Assembly (NCBI GenBank): GCA_043814095.1 | Contig: JBDRKI010000054.1 | Location: 1 to 64,000 of the forward strand | Origin: Armatimonadota bacterium | Lineage (GTDB): Bacteria > Vulcanimicrobiota > JACPDS01 > JBDRKI01 | DNA length: 64,000 nt | Direction: 5' to 3' | Shown here: positions 27,569-37,811 of the stretch, one piece after another | Numbering within the stretch: position 1 is the stretch's first letter | How the letters are laid out: every line of letters starts with the position of its first letter | Translations under genes and position numbers: made by a program | The notes under the pieces: generated by a model | Database searches by the model: none | What the model was told of the DNA's origin: nothing | The model's input: the letters and a program-made list of their open reading frames with translations, nothing else

Positions 27569-28686
27569 TAAACATTCTGCCAGGTTACTGCCTCAACCGA
27601 ACCGGTTGAACTGCTCCCCAATAAACTTGCAAGATTGGCATCGTAAATTACCTGCGCGGTACCTCCGGTAGTCACTATAAATCCTATAGCCGCCCCGTGA
27701 AGGTCGCTCGTCCCCCTGAAATCAACAGTTGCGCTGGGAAGATAAACTCCGAAAAAAGAGTTTGATCCTCCTTGTATATTAGCCGCAACACAGCCTGTTG
27801 TGCCGTAAAAAATACACTGGGTAGCGTCCTGAGAAGTATTTGATACGCTCAGTCCTGTTAATTTTAAATTCCCGTTAACGTATATATAAACAGGGCCTGA
27901 AGCTATGGCAATTTTTCCCTTGCTCTGTAAATCAATACTTGTAAACGAATAAGTGCCTGCGGTAAGCGTTACCGTGTCTCCCTCGCTCCCGCCGCCGGAT
28001 AACGATATAGAACCGTATTTGCCGGGCGAAAGAGTGCATGTTGTAGAAATATTTTCGCCGCTCGGTGAGGAAGCCAGAGGATCTTCAACTAAAGGTTTTG
28101 CTTCTCCCGCGTTGGTTTTTGTTTCACCCGTGACGGTTGAAGAACCGTCTACCGTTAAAGAAGTCGTGTTCGTGCCTATATCGCCTACGACATCGCTGGT
28201 ACCGCCTATAGATATGCTGTTATACCCGAAAAGAGCGTAATTCCACGGAGGGGTTAAACTGGAGATATCTGTCTTTATCATCGCGCCTATTCTGTTTATT
28301 CTGCCGCCGCACTTGCCGGTGCCGATTACATAAGCGCATCCGGCCGGAACAACCACGCCGTCTGCTCTTGTAACAGCCGCTGAACCAAGCAAGTTATTGG
28401 TAGAATCATAAGCGCCTGTCCCGAATGTAATTGTGTATGTGGCACTGACCTCGGATAAAGCCGCATTATTAAAACCTGTAGTCCATGCGGGGTTTGAATT
28501 TAAACTATCCATAGCATTTGCGATGCCCGCTTTTGCCGCATAGCCGGCAATTACGGTATCCCTGTAGCCGCTTACGGTTCTTAAGTTAAATATACCTATT
28601 GAGCCTACTGATACGGCAATTACGATTAAGATTAACAGTATAAGAAGGCCTACAACAAGAGCTATGCCTTTTTGATTCTTTTTCAT
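27565..28686 (-). CDS. PilX-like minor pilin, paralog 1
   Basis: KG|IALV prepilin site without Glu5, A.YAAKAGI; Ser/Gly/Thr-rich beta domain. Confidence 0.8.
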   Translation of the reverse strand: MKKNQKGIALVVGLLILLILIVIAVSVGSIGIFNLRTVSGYRDTVIAGYAAKAGIANAMDSLNSNPAWTTGFNNAALSEVSATYTITFGTGAYDSTNNLLGSAAVTRADGVVVPAGCAYVIGTGKCGGRINRIGAMIKTDISSLTPPWNYALFGYNSISIGGTSDVVGDIGTNTTSLTVDGSSTVTGETKTNAGEAKPLVEDPLASSPSGENISTTCTLSPGKYGSISLSGGGSEGDTVTLTAGTYSFTSIDLQSKGKIAIASGPVYIYVNGNLKLTGLSVSNTSQDATQCIFYGTTGCVAANIQGGSNSFFGVYLPSATVDFRGTSDLHGAAIGFIVTTGGTAQVIYDANLASLLGSSSTGSVEAVTWQNVY

Positions 28687-28702
28687 AAATTATCCTTCTG
28701 TC

Positions 28703-29830
28703 CTAATATATATTCTGCCAGGTTATTACATCAAGATAACTGCTGCCGCCGCTTACTAAAGTAGCAAGATTGGAATCATAAATTATCTGAGCGGTACCGC
28801 CGGCCGCCGCGGTCTGGCCTACGGCAGATCCGTGAAGGTCGCTCGTCCCCCTGAAATCAACAGCAGCGCCGGGCGTGTAAATTCCGAAATATGCGTCCGC
28901 TCCTCCGCGGACATCTACCGAGGTGCAGCTGGTCGTGCCGTAAAACAGGCACTGTGTGGCGTCATGAGATGTGTTTGTCACGCTCTGACCGGTTAATTTT
29001 AAATCGCCGTTAACGTATATATAAACAGGGCCTGAAGCTATTGCAATTTTTCCCTTGCTCTGTAAATCAATACTTGTAAACGAATATGTGCCGGCGCTGA
29101 GTGTTACTGTTTTACCGGAAGAACCGCCGCCTGATAAAGATATTGAACCGTACTTTCCGGGAGGAATACTGCAGGTACTGGTAACATCTCCTCCGCTTGG
29201 AGAAGAAGCCAAAGGATCTGTAACCGCGGGCTGGGCTTGATCCGCATTTGTATCCGTGCCGCCGCTTACCGTAGAAGCTCCGCCGACGCTTAAAGAAGTG
29301 GTATTTGTCCCTATATCGCCGACGACATCGCATGTGCCGCCGACAGAAACGCTGTTATACCCGAAAAGAGCGTAAAGCCAGGGAATACCGCCGCCGCTCG
29401 AGTTCATAGACATAACCGCGACCCTGCGAACAACCCCGTTGCAGTCGCCCGTACCTATTATATAAGCATGGGCGGCCGGAACGGTTATTCCGTCACTTCT
29501 TGTAACGGATGTTGAGCCGTTTAAATTGTTTGTGGAATCATATACCCCTGAACCGAAAGAGACGCTGTAAGTCGCGTTAGCGCTGGACAGAGAAACACTG
29601 CTGAAACCGGTTGTCCACGAAGAGTCCGAATGCATAGCGTCTAATGCCTGAGCTATCCCTGCTTTCGCGGCGTAATAAGCAACCGTAGAATCCCTGTGGT
29701 AGCTTACCGCTTTTAAATTGTATACGCCTATAGATCCTATTGATACAACAAGAACAACTAAAATCAATAGGAGCAGTAATGTAACCGCCAGCGCGATACC
29801 TTTCTGTTTTCTTCTTTTATACTTTTCCAT
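28703..29830 (-). CDS. PilX-like minor pilin, paralog 2
   Basis: KG|IALA, AYYAAKAGI; highly similar to 27565..28686. Confidence 0.8.
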   Translation of the reverse strand: MEKYKRRKQKGIALAVTLLLLLILVVLVVSIGSIGVYNLKAVSYHRDSTVAYYAAKAGIAQALDAMHSDSSWTTGFSSVSLSSANATYSVSFGSGVYDSTNNLNGSTSVTRSDGITVPAAHAYIIGTGDCNGVVRRVAVMSMNSSGGGIPWLYALFGYNSVSVGGTCDVVGDIGTNTTSLSVGGASTVSGGTDTNADQAQPAVTDPLASSPSGGDVTSTCSIPPGKYGSISLSGGGSSGKTVTLSAGTYSFTSIDLQSKGKIAIASGPVYIYVNGDLKLTGQSVTNTSHDATQCLFYGTTSCTSVDVRGGADAYFGIYTPGAAVDFRGTSDLHGSAVGQTAAAGGTAQIIYDSNLATLVSGGSSYLDVITWQNIY

Positions 29831-29885
29831 AACAGCATATTCTTTCTAAAAACATATAAAATAAAGTTAAAGATTGAGAACATAT

Positions 29886-30560
29886 TTAATTAAGCACATC
29901 AACACTGCTTACCGTAGTCATGGTGTTTTCTTTGCCGATTGATTCGTCTTCGGCCGTAACACTTATATAAACCGGGTTGTCTGACGGAGTTCCATAACTT
30001 TTGATTGAACCATCCATCCAGTATAAATCAAAATCGCTTATATCATTAGCTATAACTTTATGAGATAAACCCGACCCGCCTCCGGTTGCAAAATAGCTTG
30101 TAGTGTAAGTGGAAGAACTGTATGGAGCGCTCGCCGGGGTAACCGCTATTTCTTTTCTGTATATCATGTTTTTAGCGGGGTTTTCCGGGTCCGCATACAT
30201 ATAATAACATATAAACTTCTGCCAGTAAGGCTGGCCTTCATATCCTGAGGTAGAATTATATTCTACGGTATTATCGGTTTTCCTGGGAGACATAAACACA
30301 ACGCCTTTAGGTGATGAACTGTAAAGAATAACCGAGTCCAGACTGGATTCAAAAAGCTCCCTGGAAAGCTGGTTAATGGCGTTAAGGGATGCCTGCTGGA
30401 CCCATATATTTGATTTCGTGACATGGTAATATTTAATTGACGCGTTAAACACCATGTAAATGCCGGTAAACACAAGACCGAATAAAGCCGCGTACACCAG
30501 CATCTCAACAATAGTCGCGCCTTTTCTTTTTTTATTCTTCTCTTGCAACATCCGTCTCAA
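29886..30560 (-). CDS. Type IV minor pilin (PilW-like)
   Basis: KG|ATIVEMLV prepilin motif; start may be a few codons downstream. Confidence 0.8.
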   Translation of the reverse strand: MRRMLQEKNKKRKGATIVEMLVYAALFGLVFTGIYMVFNASIKYYHVTKSNIWVQQASLNAINQLSRELFESSLDSVILYSSSPKGVVFMSPRKTDNTVEYNSTSGYEGQPYWQKFICYYMYADPENPAKNMIYRKEIAVTPASAPYSSSTYTTSYFATGGGSGLSHKVIANDISDFDLYWMDGSIKSYGTPSDNPVYISVTAEDESIGKENTMTTVSSVDVLN

Positions 30561-30948
30561 TTTTCACATACCTCTCGGGCCTGCTTGTCACGTAAACAAT
30601 GACCACTATATTTTTTGTGGTAGCGGATACTACCGCCGCCTGAGTGTCAGGAGTAAAAGTAACGCTGTAAGTAAACTCTGTCGTGGTATTCGCGTCATTC
30701 ACTATGCTTGTTAAAGTAGCTGTCCCTGAAGCTAAGCTCAAGCCGTAATCGTCAAAATCATTATATATCGCCTGCTCCATCTTCTGCTGTGCCACGTGCG
30801 TCGCGAATAACATATCCTTGCCGTGCTTTACGCTTTTCATGCTAACGGGAAATACACCTAAAATCATAAGGAAACCCACTGCCAGAATGGCAAGAGCTAT
30901 CATAAGTTCAATTAAAGACGCTCCCTTTTTATTTTCATTCTTTCCCAT
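30532..30948 (-). CDS. Type IV minor pilin (PilV-like)
   Basis: KG|ASLIELMIALAIL, A...AQQKME. Confidence 0.85.
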   Translation of the reverse strand: MGKNENKKGASLIELMIALAILAVGFLMILGVFPVSMKSVKHGKDMLFATHVAQQKMEQAIYNDFDDYGLSLASGTATLTSIVNDANTTTEFTYSVTFTPDTQAAVVSATTKNIVVIVYVTSRPERYVKIETDVAREE

Positions 30949-31085
30949 CTTAACTTTTTATATTGCACTTCCGCAATAATTTTCCTTTAAAAATATATTA
31001 TAAAAATTCTTAAAATTAAAAATACTGTAAAATAAATAAATTTTTCCCTGCAGGAAAGTCGGCTGGAAATTAGAATTTTCAGGTT

Positions 31086-32969
31086 ATGAGCTATAAACTG
31101 CGTATCGGTTCAATTGTAAAAGACAGATATGTTATAAAAGATATAATCTCCAGTGCCGAAATAGCTTCCGTTTACCTGGCTTACGATAAAAAGGTAACGG
31201 CAAAATTATGGATACTGAAAGAATTTACATTTGCCGAAGAACTCTCCGAAGAAGATATAAAAAAACGCAGAGAGAAAATAGCCGAGGCAGTGGAAGCCCT
31301 GCGGATATATGAACATAAAAATCTGGCCAATATTCTTGATTATTTTGTATTCCACCAGAAAGATTACATAGTAATGGAATACCTGGAAGGCCGTACTTTA
31401 GAAGAACTGTCTCAAAAAACTCTGGAATACTTCCCTGAAGAACAAATAGTAAAATGGGCATGCCAGATATGCGACGGCTTAGAATACTTAAATAACCGTC
31501 CAGTCCCGTATGTATTCGGCATTCTTGACCCATCAAGAATAATAGTTGAAAACAACGGTAATGTTAGGCTCTTAAACTACGGATTAAGCCGGCTTTTCGG
31601 GATAATAGAACCTGTTATCTTTTCCAAAGATACCGTTTACTTTTCTAAAGAACTTAACTCTTTCGCGTCCCTTTTAATATTTCTAACTACAAAACAAAAA
31701 ACAACAGATATATCCGTCCTGGAAAATTATTCGATATCCGACCAAATGAAGAAAGACATAGCACAATTTTCAAACCCTAAAGCTTTTATGGTTTATTCCT
31801 CATTTATAGACATAAAAATTATTTTAGAAAATCTTATCCCGAAGCCCTTTGTGCCCGATACCGCAACCGTTAAGGCAAAGCGGGAGTTTAAAAAAATAAG
31901 TGAAAAAATTAAAATCAAACTGGACAACCTGCTTTTTACAGTTTCCGAACAGAAACCTCTCTATATAGTGTTTGAAGCCGCCGGAATTATTTTTCTTGCG
32001 GTATTTTTATATATAACGCTAAACCCTTCATATAATTACACAAAAAAAAGCGAGACGGTTTACGTTTTATGCGGCGGCAAAGAGATAGTCTGTATAGACG
32101 CGCAGACCAAAAAAATTATTGATAAAATTAAACTGGATTTACCTGTAAATTTTATTAAAAGCGACGTGTTAAAGGAAAAACTATACCTATCCGTATCAAA
32201 CAACACTCACATAAATGAAATACGGCAGATAAACTGTTTAGATAATAAGCCGGATCCGGATATTAAGATAAAGGTGGATATTGATCCGCAAAACATACTT
32301 ATAAATTATAAAAAAAACCTTCTGTATGTTTTAAACAGAAAAAGCAACAATATATCCGTAGTTGATCTTGGTGAAAATAAAATGACGGGGATCCTGCCCA
32401 CCGGGAAAAGGCCGTCTGACATAAAGGAAAGTCCGGGGCGGCCGTTCCTTTATGTGGCCAATTCGGCTTCGGACACAATATCAATATATGATACGGAAAA
32501 AAAAGAACAGGTAGACTTGATCCCCGCGTCGGGAATGCCTTACTTTCTTCTGCCGGTCAGAGAAGAAAAGAAAAATATGCTTTTCGCGGTATGCCGCAAA
32601 TCCAATGACGTAAATATTTACCAGATTCACTATGATTATCAAAAAAACATGTCGCATAAAATGCTGGCTTATCTCAATACCGAAGGCGTAAAGCCATCTT
32701 CTATTTATCTGGATAAAGAAGGCGCCTTTCTTTACGCGGCAAACAGCGCGAGTAACGATGTATCCGTAATGGATCTGGCTGACAAAAAAATAAAAACAAA
32801 AATTTATGTGGGCAAGACGCCTGTTGACATGCTTTTTATAAAGCCTAATTACTTATGGGTAGTTAATAATGAAGGCGGAAATATCGCCATAATTGACACT
32901 TTTGCCCATAAAGTCATGGAAAATATTTACGTTGGCAAAAACCCCACATGTATAACTTACGTGCCTTAA
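31086..32969 (+). CDS. Ser/Thr pseudokinase-TM-YVTN beta-propeller receptor-like protein
   Basis: VYLAYD, LKE, YIVMEYLEG kinase motifs with HRD/DFG degenerate; TM; LYVAN..S.TIS..D repeats. Confidence 0.85.
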   Translation: MSYKLRIGSIVKDRYVIKDIISSAEIASVYLAYDKKVTAKLWILKEFTFAEELSEEDIKKRREKIAEAVEALRIYEHKNLANILDYFVFHQKDYIVMEYLEGRTLEELSQKTLEYFPEEQIVKWACQICDGLEYLNNRPVPYVFGILDPSRIIVENNGNVRLLNYGLSRLFGIIEPVIFSKDTVYFSKELNSFASLLIFLTTKQKTTDISVLENYSISDQMKKDIAQFSNPKAFMVYSSFIDIKIILENLIPKPFVPDTATVKAKREFKKISEKIKIKLDNLLFTVSEQKPLYIVFEAAGIIFLAVFLYITLNPSYNYTKKSETVYVLCGGKEIVCIDAQTKKIIDKIKLDLPVNFIKSDVLKEKLYLSVSNNTHINEIRQINCLDNKPDPDIKIKVDIDPQNILINYKKNLLYVLNRKSNNISVVDLGENKMTGILPTGKRPSDIKESPGRPFLYVANSASDTISIYDTEKKEQVDLIPASGMPYFLLPVREEKKNMLFAVCRKSNDVNIYQIHYDYQKNMSHKMLAYLNTEGVKPSSIYLDKEGAFLYAANSASNDVSVMDLADKKIKTKIYVGKTPVDMLFIKPNYLWVVNNEGGNIAIIDTFAHKVMENIYVGKNPTCITYVP

Positions 32970-33004
32970 AATATTGATAAATCAAGCTTTATTTGCTAAA
33001 AGCC

Positions 33005-33032
33005 TTGACAAAACTATTTTTTTAAATACAAT
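33005..33032 (+). promoter_or_regulatory. Sigma70-type promoter
   Basis: TTGACA (33005) - 16 bp - TACAAT (33027). Confidence 0.55.
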
Positions 33033-33097
33033 TAAGAATTAGGACAGTCTTTTTGCAAATAAAGCTTCAACGTTGTCTCCTAAAAGGAGAGATTTGC

Positions 33098-33535
33098 TTG
33101 AATAAAAGCAGTAAAAATCTCAGCAAAGCGGTATATATAATACTCATACTGGCTGTAATAGGGGGAGCTCTTTTATTTCCTTTAAAATACCAAAAAAACA
33201 TTAAATCACAAAGCTTTGTAGCCTGTCCTATAAAAGGAACCTGCCTTTATAAATGCCCGAACTCCTGCGGATGGAAAACTTTTGAAAACAAATCAACCGT
33301 ACTTCCTCTGGATTCGTCTGTAATGACAAAAGAAAATTCCAAGCTGGGTTTAATTTTATCAAAGGATACCTGTATATATGTTACCGAAAACTCCGAAATA
33401 AAAGTGCGGCTGCGTCATAAAAGATGCGGGAACGCGTTGATCAACTTATACAAACTGGCAAAAAGAGATATAACAAACATACTCGGCAGGAAAAATTTTA
33501 AACTGACTAATCCCACTGTATTATCAACAATATAA
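33098..33535 (+). CDS. Membrane-anchored hypothetical protein, weak FecR-like domain
   Basis: AGGAG RBS before TTG 33098; N-terminal TM; T.ENS...L...D.....ENSEI and F.L.NPT patterns. Confidence 0.55.
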   Translation: MNKSSKNLSKAVYIILILAVIGGALLFPLKYQKNIKSQSFVACPIKGTCLYKCPNSCGWKTFENKSTVLPLDSSVMTKENSKLGLILSKDTCIYVTENSEIKVRLRHKRCGNALINLYKLAKRDITNILGRKNFKLTNPTVLSTI

Positions 33536-33607
33536 AGTCAAAATGGATTAACTAGAAATAGCGGTCAGGCCTTAAAAAAGCATGGCCTTTTTAATTTGGA
33601 TTTTATT

Positions 33608-34690
33608 ATGAAAAAAGAAAGAGTAATTGTAGAACTAAGCGGCGGGGTGGATTCCTCCGTTGCCGCATACCTTCTTAAAGAATCCGGATATGATGTAATA
33701 GCCGTAACATTCAGCGTATGGAAGCCCGGTAATGTTTCTGATTGCGGTGAAAAAAACTGCTGTGACGCGGAGACCGCGCTCGTGGCAAAAAGAGTCGCCG
33801 TACAGCTAGGGATACCCCATTATAATATCTGTCTTAAAGAGGTTTTTTACGATAAAGTAGTCAAAGATTTTATTGATAATTATAAAACAGGGCTGACTCC
33901 CAATCCCTGTGTAAGATGCAATCAATTTATAAAATTCAACCTGCCGGCCGGTAAATTAAAACACCTCTCCCCCTTTAAAACTGCGACCGGCCATTACGCC
34001 AAAATAATATATGATGAAAAAACCAAAAGATACAAACTTTATAAGGGAAAGGATATTAAAAAAGACCAGTCTTATTTCCTTTACTGCCTTAGTCAGGAAG
34101 CGCTTAAAAACACTTTATTCCCCCTGGCTGATATGACAAAAGAAAACGTGAGAAAAACCGCACATGAACAGAACCTGCCCACAAAATCAAAAAGAGAAAG
34201 CCAGGAAATATGCTTTGTACCCGGCGCGGATTACAAAAAATTCTTTGAAGATATGGAAATAACATCCCCGAAAGGCGCCATTTTAGATAAAAACGGAGTT
34301 AAGCTGGGCGAACATAACGGGATATTAAATTACACCGTAGGACAGAGGCGCGGCATGGGTATATCAGCGGATAAACCCCTTTACATAATAAAAATTAACG
34401 CAAAAGAAAATACTTTGATCGCGGGTAAAAATAAAGACCTGTTTACCGATACTGTATGCGTTCGGGATATAAACTGGATAAGCTTTGATAAGCCCGACAA
34501 ACAAATCCACGCAAAAGTGCGTATAAGATATAACATGAAAGAACAGGATGCCTCTATAAAGCCTACGGGTAAAAATAAAGCCGAGGTTAAATTTAAAAAC
34601 CCGGTAAGAGCCGTAACCCCCGGGCAGTCTGCGGTATTTTACGGCGGCGATGAGGTCCTCGGAGGCGGAATAATAACGTTAAGAGGATAA
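33608..34690 (+). CDS. mnmA: tRNA-specific 2-thiouridylase MnmA
   Basis: SGGVDSS, TPNPCVRCN, ATGHY, KDQSYFL, ESQEICF, TPGQSAVFY. Confidence 0.97.
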   Translation: MKKERVIVELSGGVDSSVAAYLLKESGYDVIAVTFSVWKPGNVSDCGEKNCCDAETALVAKRVAVQLGIPHYNICLKEVFYDKVVKDFIDNYKTGLTPNPCVRCNQFIKFNLPAGKLKHLSPFKTATGHYAKIIYDEKTKRYKLYKGKDIKKDQSYFLYCLSQEALKNTLFPLADMTKENVRKTAHEQNLPTKSKRESQEICFVPGADYKKFFEDMEITSPKGAILDKNGVKLGEHNGILNYTVGQRRGMGISADKPLYIIKINAKENTLIAGKNKDLFTDTVCVRDINWISFDKPDKQIHAKVRIRYNMKEQDASIKPTGKNKAEVKFKNPVRAVTPGQSAVFYGGDEVLGGGIITLRG

Positions 34691-34740
34691 TCTCTTTAAA
34701 TTAAGAAATATTTGCATTATTAATAAAAGGAATTAATACA

Positions 34741-34950
34741 ATGTATTTATCGTCTTCAGAAATACATCAATTAAATTTTCTTAAGAAGAAAAAACCTTCT
34801 GAGAGATTTCAATTAATGGTACAATTAATTGAAGAACAATTTGAAGCCATGAAAGCAGGGCTTAAATATAAAAATCCCGGGATTGATGACGAGGAGCTTA
34901 TGAAATGCCTGAAAACAAAAATGATAAAAATATATTCCTTGAAACTTTAG
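34741..34950 (+). CDS. Small protein, putative partner/antitoxin of the downstream nucleotidyltransferase
   Basis: PSERF...AGLK..NP....EEL pattern; overlaps next gene. Confidence 0.6.
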   Translation: MYLSSSEIHQLNFLKKKKPSERFQLMVQLIEEQFEAMKAGLKYKNPGIDDEELMKCLKTKMIKIYSLKL

Positions 34951-35477
34951 AATGGATATGCCGCAAATTAGAAACTTCTGATATCCCTTATATGATTACA
35001 GGCGGTTCTGCCGTGGGCTTTTGGGGATACATTAGAACCACAATGGATATTGATATTATAATTCAAATTCAAAGTAAAAAGGTTGAACAATTTTTGAAAG
35101 GCCTTGAAAACGAAGCATATATTAATATTGATGAAGCCGAAAAATCTATTCGCGATAAAAAAATGTTTAATATCATTCTCAATAAAAGCTGTTTTAAAAT
35201 AGATATTATCCCCTTAAACGAAAAAGATGAATATGAAAAAGAAAAATTTAAAAATAAAGTTAAAATTAATTTTCAAAGCAAAGAAATATTCATAATAAGC
35301 CCGGAGGATCTTATTATTTCAAAGCTTATCTGGAATAGACTGTCCGGCGGATCAGAAAGACAACTTAAGGACTGCGAAAGCATATATAAATTAAATAGTG
35401 AAAATTTAAATTTAGACTATATAACAAAATGGGTAAAAATATTAAAACTTGAAGAAACATTTAATAAGATAGTTTAA
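34905..35477 (+). CDS. Nucleotidyltransferase-fold protein (DUF6036-like)
   Basis: YMITGGSA, RTTMDID, PEDLIISKL, ERQLKD. Confidence 0.85.
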   Translation: MPENKNDKNIFLETLEWICRKLETSDIPYMITGGSAVGFWGYIRTTMDIDIIIQIQSKKVEQFLKGLENEAYINIDEAEKSIRDKKMFNIILNKSCFKIDIIPLNEKDEYEKEKFKNKVKINFQSKEIFIISPEDLIISKLIWNRLSGGSERQLKDCESIYKLNSENLNLDYITKWVKILKLEETFNKIV

Positions 35478-35489
35478 CTTCCGGCAGAA

Positions 35490-35963
35490 TCAACACACGG
35501 TACTCTCTTTTAAACTTAATTTCCTTAACTTCACACCGGCTTCATGGTAAAGGTTTTTAACCGCATCTGAAACAGGATATTCATCGCTGTAAATAACTTC
35601 CTTTATACCCGCGTTTATTATCATTTTCGTACACATAAGACACGGTGAAAAAGTGGAATACAATATGGAATCTTTTATGCTGACACCGTGATAAGCCGCC
35701 TGGGTTATGGCGTTTTCTTCCGCGTGCGAGCACAGGCATTCATCAAGCGCCGAACCCGAAGGAGCCATGCTGTTGCATCTGGGGCATCCCCCCTCATCAC
35801 AGTTTCTCGTGCCTCTCGGCGTTCCGTTATAGCCTGTTGAAATAATTCTCTTGTCTTTTATTATTACGGCGGCAACCTGCCTTTTCATGCAGTTGGAGCG
35901 TTCCGCCACTACCTTTGCTATATTTATAAAATATTCGTCCCATGAAGGCCTTTTTTTGATCAT
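35490..35963 (-). CDS. dCMP deaminase family protein
   Basis: RPSWDEYF, GYNG, HAEENAI, PCLMC. Confidence 0.95.
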   Translation of the reverse strand: MIKKRPSWDEYFINIAKVVAERSNCMKRQVAAVIIKDKRIISTGYNGTPRGTRNCDEGGCPRCNSMAPSGSALDECLCSHAEENAITQAAYHGVSIKDSILYSTFSPCLMCTKMIINAGIKEVIYSDEYPVSDAVKNLYHEAGVKLRKLSLKESTVC

Positions 35964-36508
35964 AATTTCTTCCCCGTTAAAAAATAATCTATTTTTTTAT
36001 AAAGCTCTTCTAATCCCGAGTTATTTTCTATGACATGATCCGCGAGCTCTATTGTTTTATCTACCTGCTGTTTAACCGGATCTGTATTATTAATTTCCCT
36101 TTTCTCATACGCCGTAAATTCCTCAAAGCTAACGGCATCTCCCTGCCTGTGGCGGCTGCACATTCTTTCATGCCTTATTTTATCATCCGCCCTTATCTCC
36201 ACCAGGGTAAAGTTATCAATACTTCTTAACGAAGCCACTTCCGCGGGGTTTCTTATGGAATCTATAACATAATCTTTATCTTTATTAATCTTGCTCAGAA
36301 GCCGGTCGGCAAGAACAGACGGCCCGAAATCGCCTCTGAGCTTATTGCCCATCTGTATAAGAGTTTCCCTTGATTCGGGAATATTCCGCAGGCTTAATTC
36401 CTCCCTTATCTCATCAGAAAGGGAATAGTATATAAAACCTTTTTTCTTCAGGTATTCGGCAAGCTCGCCCTTACCCGAACAGTTCCTGCCGGTTATGCCT
36501 ATAACCAT
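35960..36508 (-). CDS. P-loop nucleotide kinase (dephospho-CoA/dNMP kinase-like)
   Basis: GITGRNCSGKG, DSIRNPAE; coupled to dCMP deaminase. Confidence 0.8.
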   Translation of the reverse strand: MVIGITGRNCSGKGELAEYLKKKGFIYYSLSDEIREELSLRNIPESRETLIQMGNKLRGDFGPSVLADRLLSKINKDKDYVIDSIRNPAEVASLRSIDNFTLVEIRADDKIRHERMCSRHRQGDAVSFEEFTAYEKREINNTDPVKQQVDKTIELADHVIENNSGLEELYKKIDYFLTGKKL

Positions 36509-36514
36509 AAATAC

Positions 36515-37102
36515 CTACCAATTTTCACATAAAATTTCATAATAATCCCGGGGATGATCGCATGCGGGGCAGACAAGAGGCGCTTCGGCTCCTTCATATA
36601 CATACCCGCAGTTACCGCATCTCCATTTTACGGATTGCGTTTTCTTAAACACCGTATTCTTTTCTATATTAGCAAGAAAAGCTCTGTATCTTTTCTCGTG
36701 CTGTTTTTCCGCGACGGATACGGCTTTAAAAACATCCGCTATTTCCTTAAATCCTTCTTCTTCGGCGGTTTTCGCGAATTCCGCGTAAAGGGTAGTCCAT
36801 TCAAGGTTTTCACCGTCCGCGGCTTCTTTTAAATTTTCCGCGGTTCTTCCTATAACGCCAGCGGGGAATGCGGCGGTAATCTCAACTTCACCGCCTTCTA
36901 AAAATTTAAAGAATCTTTTCGCGTGCTCTTTCTCGTTATCGGCTGTTTCGGTAAATATATTGGAAATCTGAATATACCCTTCTTTTTTCGCCTGTGAGGC
37001 AAAATAAGTGTAGCGGTTCCGGGCCTGGGATTCACCCGAGAAAGCTTTGAGAAGATTCTGTTCTGTTTTTGTGCCCTTTAATGACTTCACTTTTACCTCC
37101 AT
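36515..37102 (-). CDS. rbr: Rubrerythrin
   Basis: [18 protein letters not shown]-terminal CGNC/CPAC. Confidence 0.96.
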   Translation of the reverse strand: MEVKVKSLKGTKTEQNLLKAFSGESQARNRYTYFASQAKKEGYIQISNIFTETADNEKEHAKRFFKFLEGGEVEITAAFPAGVIGRTAENLKEAADGENLEWTTLYAEFAKTAEEEGFKEIADVFKAVSVAEKQHEKRYRAFLANIEKNTVFKKTQSVKWRCGNCGYVYEGAEAPLVCPACDHPRDYYEILCENW

Positions 37103-37104
37103 TA

Positions 37105-37614
37105 TTATGCTCCTGCGGAAAGATGTATTTTTCTTTTGGCAAGCTCTTTGTCTGTAATAGCAATACCGGCGTCTTCTTCGCCGTTTCTGTTTATCATCTC
37201 TATAACTTCCGAGGCGGACTCTTCTTCTTCTACCTGCTCTTTAACAAACCAGTCTAAGAATTTTCTTGTTTCTATGTCCTGTTCCTCATCCGCAAGCTTA
37301 ACCAGGTCATTTATAAGGCCGGTAACTTTCTGTTCGTGCTTATATACCTCTTCAAACACATTTAAGGGTGAAGACCACTGCGCCTGGGGAGCGGGAATTT
37401 CCATCATTATGGCCCTGTAATCATTTTGCGCAAGATAATCGTAAATTTTCATGGCATGGGTAAGTTCCTCATAAAACTGCGCGCGCAAAAAATGCGAGAA
37501 GCCTTTCAACTTCATTGAATCAAGATACGCGGCCATAGCCAGATAAAGATAAGCCGAATAAAGCTCCCGGTTAATCTGCTTATTTAAAGCCTGTCCCATT
37601 TTTTCTTTTAACAT
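37105..37614 (-). CDS. ftn: Non-heme ferritin
   Basis: [34 protein letters not shown]. Confidence 0.95.
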   Translation of the reverse strand: MLKEKMGQALNKQINRELYSAYLYLAMAAYLDSMKLKGFSHFLRAQFYEELTHAMKIYDYLAQNDYRAIMMEIPAPQAQWSSPLNVFEEVYKHEQKVTGLINDLVKLADEEQDIETRKFLDWFVKEQVEEEESASEVIEMINRNGEEDAGIAITDKELAKRKIHLSAGA

Positions 37615-37646
37615 AATAGCCTCCTGTTTTTTTTAAAAAAAATAAT

Positions 37647-37808
37647 TTATTCCTGTTCTGTGAACAGATCTTTCGTTGCCCCGCACACGGGACAAACCCA
37701 GTCCGCGGGAAGCTCGCTAAAAGGCGTTCCCTCGGGTATATCGCTCTCGGGATCACCCAGTGTAGGATCATACACGTAACCGCATATGGAACATACATAC
37801 TTTCCCAT
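37647..37808 (-). CDS. Rubredoxin (53 aa; not in ORF track)
   Basis: Manual translation [15 protein letters not shown]...[18 protein letters not shown]. Confidence 0.95.
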   Translation of the reverse strand: MGKYVCSICGYVYDPTLGDPESDIPEGTPFSELPADWVCPVCGATKDLFTEQE

Positions 37809-37811
37809 ATT

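Noticed and set aside
33098-34690. Read-through fusion of the FecR-like ORF with mnmA (same frame)
   Set aside because: Separated by TAA, mnmA is complete on its own, and a shared frame has a one-in-three chance.
37580-37798. 72-aa ORF from the track
   Set aside because: Wrong-frame shadow of the real rubredoxin at 37647..37808.
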